A stretch of 64,000 nucleotides of DNA from Spirogloea muscicola (GCA_009602725.1 WELB01000010.1:574535-638534), one strand, 5' to 3'. Counted from the stretch's first letter, positions 36,690-49,904 are shown. Translations and numbers: made by a program. Notes: generated by a model from the sequence alone, not told the origin.

Positions 36690-37345
36690 AGGAATAGACC
36701 AGGTCTGAACGAGGTAGCATCTCTACAAGGGGGCGATGGCTGTGCGAGGCCAGCCCATGAGTTAAGGATTCCAAGGGCCGGAGAGCATGAACTACACCAC
36801 GCAACTTTCATGGATGGCTGCTCAATATCCAACAGCCGCAAGTCGGATTGACTAGCAGCCCCGAAGGACTCGCCCGGCTAATGGCCAGAGGCGGCAATAA
36901 AAGCACGGCAAGCCCGTGGGTGGTGCTTGCAGATGCGATGCAAGCACCTGAAGTCCTTGTAGCAGGCAAGAAGAGAGCGGCTGAGATAGTCGAGGGCGGC
37001 CGAGGTAGCCAGCCGAGTGCATGAAGATGGAGACGTGGAGTCTACACTATGCGGAGCTGCTGCAGAGCGAGCAGCTAGGTGGCAAGGCAAGGTGGGGGTC
37101 ACAGGCCTGACTTTGGGGGAAAGGGAGCGGTCAAGTGCCCACAGGAGAAAGTCGCTTTGTCTAGAAGGAGGCAGTGGCTTTGAATAGCCAGCCCGACATG
37201 AGTGGACAAGGTGAAGGGGGGAGCCTCACCACGGTAAAGCCAACCAAGAGAAATGGCTATTGCTGATAGCCACTGACTAACCCCTACTCAACAGCCGCAA
37301 GTTGGAGTGAGTAGAAGCAGGTAAGGTCGCCCAGCTGTCATTTTG
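36690..37345 (-). mobile_element. Older family 1 retroelement 3' ends upstream of the SAM gene
   Basis: Minus-strand peptides ASTHSNLRLLSRG* (~37320-37278) and AASQSDLRLL (~36860-36830). Reverse-complement hairpin UTRs at ~36735-36760 and ~37170-37215. Confidence 0.65.
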
Positions 37346-38189
37346 AGGCAGCAAATCAAGGCACGGCCTGGATTATTGCGGCAAGATCCAGAGATGCGTG
37401 CAACACAACAGGGCCGGCAAGCCGGCGGCAAGATGAGTTCAGCTGCCCAACCTGCTGCCCCTGCAGTTGGCCACCGCTTGTCACGCAAGCCGCTAGAGGG
37501 TGTGGAGCCACCGAGCCCAAACGCCCGTGGACATTAATTGCAAGCAGGAACGAGCTACCAGTGGCTCCGCTGCTGGTAGGTGGGTTTGAGGAGGGGGTGG
37601 CTGTGGATGGCGAGCCCAGTGAACGGTCTTACGGCTAACATGTGCAAGCGCTGGGCTCTGTGACAAATGGCCCAGCCCAATGGACAACGAGCCGCCTTGC
37701 CATATTGTGGAAGCGAGCCGAGTGCTTACAGAAGTGACCCTGAAGGTGGCTCCAAATTGAACGCACTTCAAGGCGATTTCAGGGGCCTGCAGGGGCCTCA
37801 GGGGCACCAGTCCATACAGGGCAGCAACCATGCAACTGCCACCTAGAGTCTGCAAGTTAATGCATGGTATTCCACTGACTGAGAGGAGCCGAGCTCACAT
37901 AAGGGGCCTGTAGATCTACAATGCCACCAGTGCAATAGCCACTTCAGCAGGAGAGCGAGCAAGTCCGCGGCGCCCTGCACGGGTTGGCCAGCTGGTGAGC
38001 CAGCTGTCTCCGTAAGATATGCCGCATGTTCTGCTCAACTGTAATATATTGAAAGTGGGCCTAGCCGTGTCTTATTGCACAAACAAGCACTACAATCAGC
38101 ATGGCTCTCAGCTGCCAGTTAACGACCCTATAGAGAACCTCGGTCGCTTGCAGGTACAGGGAGGGGAGGGAGTACCTGCAGCTAAGCTT

Positions 38190-40529
38190 CTAAGCCTCGG
38201 CATAGTGGTGCAATTGATACAGGAGAGCTTGCCCTCGGGCATTGCCAATGGCAAGGTATGCGCCACCTGGGCTGAAGTCCAGCGAGTGCACAAATTGGAG
38301 CGGCGACCTTGACGTTGGCCAGTTGGAGAACACTGTGCCAGAGGGAACATGCACCAACCGTAGCGCGTCCTTGCGCATGTGCGATGCCATGGCCAGGATG
38401 TCTCCGTCGCTGTTGTATTGGAGTGTGTCAACGCTGGTGGTAAGGTTCATCAGCACCTGCAGGTAGAGAGATCAACCACTGGAATGGCAATGAATAAACT
38501 GAAAGAATTCTAGTTACGCACAACAAATTTCCCCTGTAGTTGGCATACAAAGAGAAGTAGCATGCATTACCTTGCTCGGTTCAGAAGTCCCTGCTTGGAG
38601 GATATTCTCAGCATCGTACATGTTTACCACTCCCTGTGCAGAGCCGCAGGCCAAGGACCGGCGGCCCCCCTGCGAGGACAGAGCGAGGGACGTGATCCCA
38701 ACAGAGCCCTCATCTCGCCTCTTATGAATGCAACGTTGCATTCGCAGGTCCCACAGATACATGTCCCCATCGCCGCCACCAGTGACCAGCTCGTAGCCGC
38801 TGCCCGCAAAGGCAGCTGTTCACCACAGGAATGCGGTATGTAAGGAAGAGGATTGCAAGACAGGTCTATCTGTAAGTACCTCTAGCTGACGGTACACGAG
38901 CCATGGCTATCTCGCATACTGCTCAGCCAAAGCCTTTCCTCCTCAAGATCAATAAGGTATAACAACTTGATGGAGTACTGCAAAAGCTGGGCAAAGATGG
39001 GGGTGCGCAGCTTGTGTGCCGTCACCTGTCCGTGCAGTGCCGTTCATCTTGAGGTTGCCAATCCACTGCCAGCTTTTCTGAGACACTAGGACGATGTATC
39101 CATCATTGCCAAGGAATGCGACAACGCCGCTCTGCCCTACGCTTGGCGATGCCACAAAGGACTCCAGGCTCTTCTCTTCCCTCCCGTGGAGAGGCCCGAG
39201 GCGCTCAACCTTGCCTGCTGCAATGTCATAGACATAGAACCACTGCCGCCTCCCGGCAGCAAGGACCTGTATAAACAGTAGTAGCTTGCAGTCAGAGGCT
39301 GCTGGTTGCACCAATGAGCTGCCACCCAGGTAGCTTGACAGAGGAATCTGCTGCAGGGCTCTGCAGATTCAGCAGTCTTGCATTCACCTGCAGGGATCCT
39401 GGTCCAGTGAATGCGGCCTTGTGCACGGGCATGTCCTCCAAAAACACGCTCTGCACCTTTGGGTTCTTCTTTCCATCCACCTGGCTGGTGCAAGGCCAGA
39501 CAGACCGCCTGATGAGAAGCACGCTCGACCAAGGAAGATGTCTAAAGCCCACCAACAATGAGGCTGGCACAGTACATCTCTGACACCCCACTACCATCTC
39601 CAGTATTTCTGATGGAAGCCGTCCTGAAGCCTCGCCTGATGGCCAGCTGCAACAGACTACGTCTATCCACCCACCAGAACGGGAGACCGAGAGTAGCTGA
39701 GGAGTTCAAACGAAGGGGACCTGGAAGAACCGGAGTGTCTTGTCGAGGCCGGCGGTCATGAGCAGCTGTGCGTTGTGGTGGAACTTGACCGTCTGAAAGA
39801 TACAGCGCCAGGGTCAGGAGACCGACCGAAACAGATGTAAGCCGACCGTTGAAAAGGCACTGGCCTTGGACAAGCCCAAGCACCAAAGCCAACCTGGACG
39901 ACGGCCTTGGAGGGGTCTTGGCGGTTGGCGTTGGCCAGGCGCGTGGTCTCCAGCAGGCCTTGCGGCAGTCGACCCCGTCCTCGCGGCGCCAGCAAGGCCC
40001 TCTCTTCCACCCCTTCGTCGCCGTCGCTGGCGCCATCGTCACCGTCACTGCCCTCATCTCCAGCGCGCAGCGACGACGGCAGCCGCCCCGGGCGAGGGTG
40101 CGGCGGCAGGGCCGCCCAGGCAGCCGCTCCCGCGTTCAGGCGCTCGTGCTGCCCGCGCAGGCGCTGCGCGTACTCGGCGCCGCTGAAGCTGGCCTCAACC
40201 TCCGTGCGGCGCAGCTTGCGCAAGCGGGCGGTGTGGGCGACGCCGACGGCCAAGCCCGCGTCTGCCGGGTCCTCCCATGCCGGTCGCCTGGCACCGGGCT
40301 GGGCGCGGTCGCCGTCTTCCGTGGCGTCGCCGGCGCCGTTGCCGTCCCTGTCGAGCCCGGCCTCCGGGGCCGGCGCGAAGGCAAAGAGGCCGCCGCTGCC
40401 GAAGAGCTCCGTCTCCAGGCGCTGCGCCTCGGCGGCGTCTCGAGCCAACTGCTCCTCGGGCGGCTCCGGCACGCCCGTGGCACGCCCGCGCGCCCGCTTG
40501 GGCCGCTGCCCTGCGGCGGCCGCCGCCAT
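38190..40529 (-). CDS. UTP18: U3 snoRNA-associated WD40 protein UTP18
   Basis: PAWEDPAD, RLRKLR..EYAQRLRGQHERLN, TRLANAN, VKFHHNAQLLMTAGLDKTLRFFQ|VDGKKNPKVQSVFLEDMPV, LKMNGTAR, RLVHVPSGTVFSNWPT, DFSPGGAYLAIGNARGQALLYQLHHY. Confidence 0.94.
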
Positions 40530-40675
40530 CGCCGTCGCGTGCCTGAAGCAGCGTTCAGAGCGGCCGATGGGAGTGGCATCCGGAGCTTAAACCCCGACCC
40601 CTGCGACCAGGCGGAGCCAGAAGTCAGCTGGGACCAACTGGAGAAAGACGCAACTGGGCGTGGTGGGATAGAGAA

Positions 40676-40920
40676 GGCGCGCGGAGCGCATGAAATGAAA
40701 GGGAGGCCAATTCAAGCGAATATAGTGTTCAGGCAGAGTCTAGTGCAAATTAAACAAGGCGACATAGTACGGTGGGAAGGAAATGGGGGACGGCTGTATC
40801 AGAATGCTGGAGAAATAGCTCTTCCAATATGAAGAGAAGAAGCCCTGCCAAAAGGAGGCGATGGCTGTGAAAGGCGAGCCCACAGGAGCAAGACGCTTTC
40901 TAGGAGAGGGCAGTGGCTGG
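40676..40920 (-). mobile_element. Family 2 (40676-40770) and family 1 (~40833-40920) retroelement 3' ends in the UTP18 / PES-like divergent promoter
   Basis: The family 2 copy matches the 19052-19139 insert and is flanked by ggtggga at 40662-40668 and 40771-40777 (imperfect TSD). Confidence 0.8.
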
Positions 40921-41194
40921 CACGCACAGCGTTAGCAAGGACGCGAGGAGTGCGTCGGGGCCCAAGGAGGCGTGCGAGCTGCCGTTGCCGACGTTGCCCA
41001 TGGCAGGCACCGTGCGGTCGCGGCCCCGGTGGCCGCACACGCAGCCTGCTCCCAGGGCTTGGGCTCCGGGTTTTTACCGTGCCCGACTCAGTCTGCGTAG
41101 ACGTGCACGCCTTCGTGCTAGCCATTTGTGGCCACCTGCTTTCGTTACACATACCACTTATCGACGTGCCAGCCTTCGACCGCGAGGCCCCGCC

Positions 41195-44100
41195 ATGGCT
41201 TCCGCAGTGGCCGCCTCCGCCGCGGCGGCGGCCGCTGCCGCCCGCGCCGCTCCGCCTGCGCCGCTGCCTCCGAGAGCGGCGCTTCTCCGCCGGCCAGCCG
41301 GCGCCGGCCTCGGCCTCCGCGCCAATCGCAAAGTCGGCCGTGCTGGCCTCCGGCTCGGCTTCGTCCCGCGCTGCAAGGCTTCCACTGCGACGACCGAACG
41401 CGGCGCGACGGCCGTTGCTGCCGAAGCGCAGGAGGCGGTGCTGCAACGGAAGCTGCCGGCTGCAGATCCTGCTGCTCCAAACAGTCGCAGCAAGGGCAAG
41501 CCCGAGGCTGAAGGTGGCAAGGCTTGGCGCAACAAGAGCACGGAAAGTGGTGCAGCTCCGTGGGAAGGCGACAGCGGCGGCGGTGGCGGGCCGGTGGGCG
41601 GGCTGCCGCCGAGCCGCGTGCGCACAGTGCGGGACTACTTGAGCAGCACGGGTGACATAGTGAAGCCGGATGGGGGGCCACCGCGATGGTTCACGCCACT
41701 GGACGTGCGCCCGGCCAAGCCTGGCCTTCCACTCCTCTTCTTCCTCCCGGGTACGTCTGCTTTGAGCTTTTGAAACATGCGCTCGCAAGCCCCTGCGATG
41801 CAGCTAAGCGGCAACTTTAACTGCCTGCCAGCTGCACGTCAGCAAAGCCAGGACTTCCTGGCTTTGTTGAGCACTAGCGTCTATAGGAGACGAGAGCAAT
41901 AATCTCTTCGAGCATGCATGAATCTTGTGCAGGCATCGATGGTACTGGGTTGGGCCTGGTCTTGCACCACGAATCGCTTTCGCGGTCTTTGCCCATCCCT
42001 TGCAACCTCTAAGCTACAATCTTGGTTGCCTGTCATGCATTGTATTGTTGTCATTATGCTTCAGTAGCTGGCTTATGACTTTCGTTGTGGATAGATCGTC
42101 AGGATGGCAGCTCTTTCATATTGATGTGCTCTCTCGCGGTCTTGCCCGACGTGGCTGCAATTGCGGTTTTTGACTTGCTGTCTTGCAAATCCTTGGCATC
42201 ATGACTGTGCAGGATGTTTGAGATGAGCTGCCTGAATATACCCACATCGGACCGCACCACATTTGCGGGTAAATGTCTCTCCAAGCCTTGACTTTGTGCA
42301 TATCATCAAGCTGAGTAGACGCTCCTTGAAGATGGTTCCTAGGCTGCAGGAGGGAAGTGTACAGGCATGCATCCCGTTCTGATAAACCGCACCTTTGCTG
42401 ATTTTCGTCTTGGTCAGGTCTAGTAGAGTTGGTGGAACAGAGGCTTGTTGAGGAGTGGAAAAAGGCCCCAAAAAGGCCTCTGTATATCATTGGAGAATCC
42501 TTTGGTGGGACCTTGGCGCTTGCCATTGCTGCTAGGAATCCCTCTATGGACCTTCAGTTGGTGGTCGTCAATCCGGGTAAATGTTGTGCAGATAGCTAAT
42601 GGCTTGGGAATAAGCTGTCCTCCCGCTTGTCAGGCCCTCTGCATACTCTAGGCCCCTCTGTTGTCAGGGTTGCATTGAAGAAGAGATGCTTAGGCAGGAT
42701 TCCAGGCTTTGTCTGATGGGATCGTTATTTCTGCTTGCTGTGCAGCTACCTCCTTTGACCGCACCCCCCTCAAGCCCCTTTTCCCATTGCTGCAGAACAT
42801 TCCTCCTCTACTTTACCGGGTGGTTCCTTTTGCTTTAAGCACAACTTTAGGTAAGCATTACAGCTGTAAAACTTCCGCTCTTAAGGTCCGACTCTAAGCA
42901 TGTGCTGAGCTTGCATCTCATGCAACTATGAAGCCTGAACACATTTTGGTATATGTAGGCGACCCTGTACGGATGGCGGCAGCAGGGTTGGACGGCGAAG
43001 GAGGTAATACTGAGCGGCTGATCAGGATAAGCAGTCCACATGTGTGCTGCTGTGGTAGTGATACTTGAGCAATAGGTAACTGAACGTCAAGACTGGAGGA
43101 ACATAGAGTTGGGCAATGCTGTCGTCGCTCTTGTTTCATGAGTAATATTCTTCTGCTCATCTTGCACCTTTGTGCAATCCTTGGCTATTCACAGGGTTTG
43201 CTAGTGTTGCACCTTGGGAGCGAGCCTTGAAGATACGGGATAATCTAGTGGCTATGCTACCCCAACTTCCCGTATAGTCATTCCTTCATACTTGCAGACT
43301 TTAATCAGTAGTCTGAATATCAGTTACTGGTATGCTGTTCCCAAAGGCAGCTGTGCTGGGAGGTGTGTGTGCCCTGGTTAAATTCCTGCACCTGAAATGT
43401 CGCAGCTTATGGCCGACATACTACCACAAGAAACACTGGCATGGAAATTGAAGCTTCTCAAGGAGGGCCAGGAGTACACAGAACCTCTACTGCCCTCGAT
43501 AGAAAGCCCTATTGTCATTGTTGCCAGGTACGTGGTTTCCATGTGCTCTTTCAGAATGGTGGAAGTGATGAAGCTCCCTCCACTAAGATCAGAATATGGA
43601 TTGGTCAGCTTGTATCTGCTTCACATGTATGACCACGCGTAATGGCATTTGCTCTTGTGGAATTGCTGGAGCCCAATAGCTTACAACTTTAGTAGCACCT
43701 TGGTCTGTGTGCTTGTGCTGGTCAATTGTTGCAGTGGCAAGGATGGCCTGCTCCCCAGTGCAGAAGAGGCCAAGCGGCTGAGGTTGAAGTTGAAGAAATG
43801 CACAGTGCGCAACTACAAGGATGCCGGCCACTCCATTCTCCTAGTAAGTCACCAGTCAATATGCCATGGTTCTCACCAGTCTACATGCGATCGTTCAACC
43901 CTTCCGTGAGGGTTATATTGGTCCTTGCTCCTAGTTGCACTATGTTAGCATGTGCAGGCAACCTTCCAGGGAGACTCCTTCTAGAAAATCTCCTCAACAA
44001 AATAGTGCCAGATTCTCGCATATTATCTGTCCAAGAGCCACCTGCTACTGTTTGTAGCTATGACAAGCTGGTGCCTTGATCTACGAGCTAGCTTCAGGAC

Positions 44101-46341
44101 TGCAACCTTTTGTACTTAGGTACTATTTATGAAGAGTGATCATCTCTTGGTCTATTTTTGGTGGGACAAGATTAGTACCAGATTCTGCAAGGCCATGGCT
44201 TGCATGGGAAGGTATAGAGGAGATATCTCACCTGCGAAGTCATTCTTTCCAGGAGGAGGGCTTAGACCTGGGGTCCCTGATCAAGGGGGTCGGCATGTAC
44301 AAGCGAAGCAGTGGCAAGAGCGATCCAGTGCTTGACTTCGTTCCTCCTTCTCCTGCCGAGGTGTACCGTGGAGGTGGCATTGTCAGGTTTGTAGATTAGC
44401 GTAGCACATGGACTTTGGGAATAGCCTCACATTAGACATCCATAGTTGCAAGCTGAGCAGGATATGTAGTGTGATGCTTCAGTCAATCTCCAAGATTGAT
44501 TGTCTGAGAGAGCAACAGAGACCCCTGCTGCTCCCAATGGTTGCCACTTCAGCGATTCAGTCTATTTAGCGCACACTAATGTGCTTTGTGGAGTTTCTGA
44601 GTCCAGGTTTTTGAGGCAATTGACCAGCCCAGTTTTCTTCTCCACCTGTAAAGAGACTGGCAAAGTGATCCAAGGGCTCAGCCACCTGACAGTCGAACAG
44701 AATACACCGCTCCTTTTTGTCGGCAATCACCAGCTGTTTGCACCAGACCTTGGTGTTCTGGTAGAAGGCGTTCTACGAGAGAAGAACTTACTCCTCCGAG
44801 GCCTGGCACACCCTGCAGCTCTGGGATTTATTGCCAAAGACGAAGAGAAAGGGGGCTCAGAGGAGACGTCATCTGACCAAGGGGGCTTGGGGGACTTCTT
44901 CCGGACTTTTGGTGCAGTCCCAGTATCTGGAAACAGCTTATACAAGCTCCTGCAAAGCAAACAGGCAGCACTGCTCTACCCTGGTGGAGTCCGCGAGGCC
45001 TACAAACGCAAGGTCCCACCCAATATGCTAGACCTGCCATCCTATTGTCCCTTGCTGAAAGCGGGCTCAGTCTATAAAGACCCACCCAAGAAAATCCTTC
45101 TACTTCAGCTACAGCTTTGTCGCTTACATACTTTGATCCCTGCCCTTCCAGCTCTTCCAATCACATCCATGTTCTTTTTGCTAAAAGTTTTAGGCCCTGC
45201 GACTTGCATTTGTCAGGGCGAGGAGTACAAACTCTTCTGGCCAGAGCGACCAGAATTTGTGAGGATGGCTATCAAGCATGGAGCAACAATTATCTCTGTT
45301 GCTGCTATAGGTGCTGATGACGGTCTGCAGGTGCTGATGGAATTTGGGCTCTGTACATGGCCTTGTTGGTCTTCTCATGTTGATGTTGCACTTATTGGTA
45401 ACTCTCTCTTTTTAGGATTAGCTGCTGACTGGGATAGGTGTGCCAGCAAAGCGATTGATATTGAGATTGAGATTTAGATTGATCACAGCATCAAAATTTG
45501 CAGATTGTGTTTGATACGGAGGAGGTGCTGCAGCTTCCTGTCCTTGGAGATCGGGCTCGAAGATCGGCTCAACAAGTTCCCTCTGCAAGGTTCAGTGCCA
45601 TGTTTGGCTGCATACTGGCGCTTTGCTTGTTTGTTTAGTATCTTCTTCCTGGAAGCTTAATGCTATTACAAGTCACTTCTGCATATAACAAGGTTTTTTT
45701 TTGGTAGCTTAATTCTAGTACAAGTCTCTTTATGAACATCTGCATGGCTGCATCATGGAAGTTAGATATTTTGAAGTTTTTGTATGAGTAAGTATTAAGG
45801 ATTGTCTTCGTTTACCTTTCTACTTCAAACATATATACTTGGAATCAGCAGCTTTTATTAACAAGAGGTGCAAAATTCAGGTCGGGCCGATCAACTCGTG
45901 AGGTAGATGAGACATTTGTTGCGCCTATTGTGGCACCCAAAGTACCCCGACGCCTGTACTTTTTATTTGGGGCTCCAATCCAGACAGCAGGCAAGTCATG
46001 TGAAGAAGCTTGGTCCTACATGCGATCATGTTGCACAGGTCTTGCTTCTGCAATGAGAAATGACTGGAGCGTCGTGCTTGACTGGCTTGTCCTGACTGCT
46101 GTGAGTATGATATCAAGGTATTAACTGAGCACTTAAACTTTTATAATCTGCAGGCCTTCAGCATTTACTGAAAGATAAGGAGGGGACTGAAAAACTTTAT
46201 CAGCAAGTCAAAGCGGAGCTTGAGGACGGCCTGTCTTATTTGTTGGAGAAACGGGAGGAGGATCCGTATGATTCATTTGTGCCTCGAGCATTTTTTGAGG
46301 CCACATGGGGTGGTCGTCAAGCCCCAACATTCAATCCTTAG
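41195..46341 (+). CDS. Phytyl ester synthase / esterase-lipase-thioesterase family acyltransferase (PES1/PES2-like), plastid-targeted
   Basis: Ala/Arg-rich transit peptide; DGGPPRWFTPL; PLLFFLPG|IDGTGLGLVLHH; YIIGESFGGTLAL; LLFVGNHQLF; LRGLAHP; LLYPGGVREA..|GEEYKLFWPERPEFVRMA; RLYFLFGAPI; YLLEKREEDPY. Stop 46339-46341. Confidence 0.9.
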
Positions 46342-47049
46342 GTGTTCATCGTGGTAGTCTTGGCCCACCCCATTGGTCTTCATTTCTAGCCATAATCTGG
46401 CAGCCATTCTGCCACTACTACTGTCCTTAATCTGTGTTGTTGCTCCTGCGCCCTTTCTAGCGCTGTAGAATGTAAAGCCCATATGGCTTGCCTGTTGATT
46501 TTGGCTAAAGGCAGTCCATCACTTTAAAGTTGGACAAGCAGTGGTTGCCATTGCAGCCCTAATAAACTATGAGTAAGTCTTAGGCTCCTGAGAGCTTCTT
46601 GTGCGCTCCAATGAAGTTGGCAGATCAAGCACATGTATCAACAAAAACCTCTGATCCAGAGCAACACACATTCAATCTAGCATCATCCCGAGCAGAGTAT
46701 CCTCCGAGCTACTCTGCCTGATGCTGAGCTGCTCAGCATCCGGCTCTTTATGTGCTGCTCAGGCCTCCGTGCAGTGCCTGTTGAGTTGGAGGATCAAGCA
46801 ACACTGAGGGAGTAGGCTTGCTCTCAATCGCGTGCAATGGAATTGGCTTCTAGCTTGTGTCCACTCTGGCCAGATGGGCTGACCACATAGGTCGGGCGAT
46901 ATCCAGAAACGGGCTGGAGTCACTAGGAGCCTTGAAATTGCTGAGCAGAAAGGCCAGCTCAGGTCGCGATTGTGCCGTGTGATGGACATGGGTATAAGCG
47001 GGGGTGCCTTCATGGAGAACTGCGGCCTCCTCCTAGCTGCTAAGCAGTG

Positions 47050-49850
47050 CTCTCAGAAGCCGGGGCAAGCTGTGCTGTGATAGGCCAGCCCCAACGAATT
47101 AAGTTGATGTTGGAATGCTCCGACACAAAGCGCAGATCAAAGGGAGAGAGAGAAGTGGCTCTCCCAATGGGAGCAAGGGCTGTGAGAAGCCAGCCCGAAA
47201 AGACTTGACAAGGTTCGAAGGGGCCAAACTAGGAGCTAAGCAGCGACTGCGGGGCCTGAAGAGGCAAGGGAGAGAAGCTTTTGCGAAGGTGGCGAAGGCT
47301 TCTAAGCTCCCATTCGCTGTAGCCAGTTGCAGAGCTCTTTCCAGCACTTTTCAGCCCCTTCGGATCTCGTCCATTCTCGTCGGGCTGACTTTTTACAGCC
47401 CTCGCCACCTTTGGATGAGCACTTTCACAGCTCGAGGCCTCCCGAGAAAACCCTTTCTTTCAAAGAAGGGCCGGCCCAAAGCACAGACAGGGCCTTAGGT
47501 CTTTCTCTGAGGCGGAAGCCTCAACACGAATCAACGAACGTCACTTCAGTGGGGACTCGGCCCTCCGACCACGGTCTGGGCCGTCGCACTCGAGGAAGCG
47601 ACTCTGGCTCGCCTTGAGGGAGGGCGCCGCGTGGGGCACATGGAAGTCATTGAGGCAATATGGGAAGGTCTCTCTCCAAAGACTTCCTTTTTATAGTATA
47701 TTCTCCCTTGTATAGGGCTTCGTTTCATGTAGCCACGTTATTTGCACTGCATATTTCGCACTTCGTGCTCAGTTGCCTGAACAATGTATTGGCTTGAATT
47801 GGCCTCGTTTTCTTTTTATGCGCACCGCGCGCCTTCTCTCCGGAAAGGTCTGCACCTTGTCTGCCGTTGTCCTGGGAGCGGGCAGCCAGCAACAGACCTG
47901 CAGCTCGATGCGTTCGCGTGGAAGGGCATGAGTAATAGAGGAGCAGCTCTTTCATTCTTTTTCCTGGGCTGGCCTCACCCAGCAACCGCCCTCTCATGGA
48001 AGCGTCTTTCTTCTTTCAAAGGGGGCAAGGACTGTGAAAGCCAGCCCGCAAGTATGAACAAGGTACAGACAAAGAAACAGCTTCTCAAAGTAAGGCGATG
48101 GCTGCAAGACTACAGCCCTAAACGAGTGAAAAGCCGAGCGGGAGAAAAGAAGATGGTATACACTTGAATAAGCTCCGAAATAGAGAACGCATGCAGTGCG
48201 CATGACGCAAGGGACCCGAAGCAGATCCAATCAACCTGTTCGACGAGAAAGGAAGTGGAAGTGCAAGGGATGGGGTTGCAAGTACAAGTTCCCTTGGCTG
48301 AGGGAAAATAAGCGAAGCTCTTGAAGTAGGGCGATGGCTGTGACGTGCCAGCCTAACAAGGAAAGCACAGCTGGAGGAGGGCTTGATTACCGTGTCGACT
48401 CTTTACGGGCTGGCCTCTCACTGACATCGCCCCTTTTGCAAGAGCTGCTTCTCCTCTGGGCTGGAATCTCACGGCCATCACCTTATTTTGGGAAGAGAAG
48501 GCACGCGGTGCCCATGAAAGGCAGTCCAACCCAAGCCCAGTACACTGCTTTTGCGAAGAACAAAGAGTGACTTCAGAGGGGCTAAGGTAATAGGACGCTA
48601 ACAAGTGCTGAATGAAAACTCCAGTACCCAAGAGTGAGCACATGCATATGTGACTGACTGATCTGGGGAGCCGGAGCACCACGCAAGCTAGTGGCCTGGC
48701 TTACCGCTCCCCCAGCACGCTGCTGTATGGCTAGAGTCAGGGAACGCTGCAAAGAGTTGCATTCTGTGTGAGCAACTAAAGCTTTGCGGGACATTAGCGG
48801 CCCAACTTAGACGGCGTTCGTCTACCAGCTGGGCCATAGCGATGGAGGAGGAAGGACCAATTCATACTGTAGCTGCCATGGATGTCCATAAGCACGGATA
48901 AATTGGTCTCCCTGGTGATGGTCCTTTCTTGTGCATTTTTTTCGGGCTGGCTTTTCACAGCCCTTGCCCCCATTGGGAGCGCCACGTTCTTTCTTCTCCT
49001 GCCACCGCCCTCTCCTGGTAGCGTCCTTTCTTCTTTCTTGGAGAAACAAATTCCATAATCGGCTGATTACAGCACCTTCATAGCAGCCACTGGAGTAGCA
49101 ATCTTCTTTAGCGCTTCCTGATCCCTTCTTCATGGGCACTTCCGGCCCTCCTTCCCCCCCCGCCATCCTCCTGCCCCTGCTGCTGCCCCACTCGTCTCGC
49201 AGTCTCCAGACGCTGCTAAATGCTAGCTGCTTCGTCATTTAGTTGTGCTTGCCTCTGCCTTGGCCATTTGGCCTTCGATTGTTTCATATTACACGATATT
49301 CTTCTTCCATTGTCAAAGCTCTTCTGGCCTGGCCCCACAAGTCTTCCGCATGCGCCTGGCCGTATCGCTTCAACGCTCCCTTGCCCACGCCGTCCATACG
49401 CGTGCAGGCCGTGCTATGGCCGCCGTCTCTGGGTCTCGGCGGAGTGCCTCTTTCCCTGAGAGTTCGCTTACTGCTGTCTCAGTCCTTAGCACTCCGACTC
49501 CTTCAGACCTTGTCCATTCTTTTGGGCTGGCCTCTCCCAGCCGCCAGTTAATCTGGCCGCGCTTGCTTTCCTGCAGCGAGCTACTCAGACCTGATGTTGC
49601 TCACTCGTGGGTACTGAGCTTTCCTCTGCATCGTTTCTGTGTTCTGCAGTGTTTTGTAGTGTAGTCCTTTCTCCGGCTCCTCTTTCTTTGGCTTTTGGAC
49701 TTTGTCCATTCTTTTTTGGGCTGGCTTCGCTTTTCTATGGGAGCGCACTTCCTCAAACTCTTAGAAGTTTGGGGGCTGGCCCCTCCCTTCTATGGCCGAG
49801 CACTTTCTTCGAATAACAGCGATCACCTCCTAAGGGGAGAGCTTTTCCAC
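47050..49850. mobile_element. Largest cluster of nested retroelement 3' ends (families 1, 2, 4; both strands), upstream of the bHLH gene
   Basis: Hairpin UTRs at e.g. ~47150-47230 (-), ~47380-47410, ~47790-47840, 48944-48985, ~49500-49570. Longest copy ~48925-48495 (-): DHHQGDQFI/VLMDIHGSYS..SLQRSLTLAIQQRAG..QISQSHMHVLTLGY. FRMRLAVSLQRSLAHAVHTRAGRAM at ~49344-49420. Confidence 0.85.
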
Positions 49851-49904
49851 GACCACCCAGTGAGCACGCTCAAGTCGGGCAGAATAATCTGGGGAGCGGA
49901 AGCG

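Noticed and set aside
37350..38180. ORFs between the SAM gene and UTP18
   Set aside because: No recognisable homology or splice pattern; probably UTP18 3' UTR and intergenic DNA.
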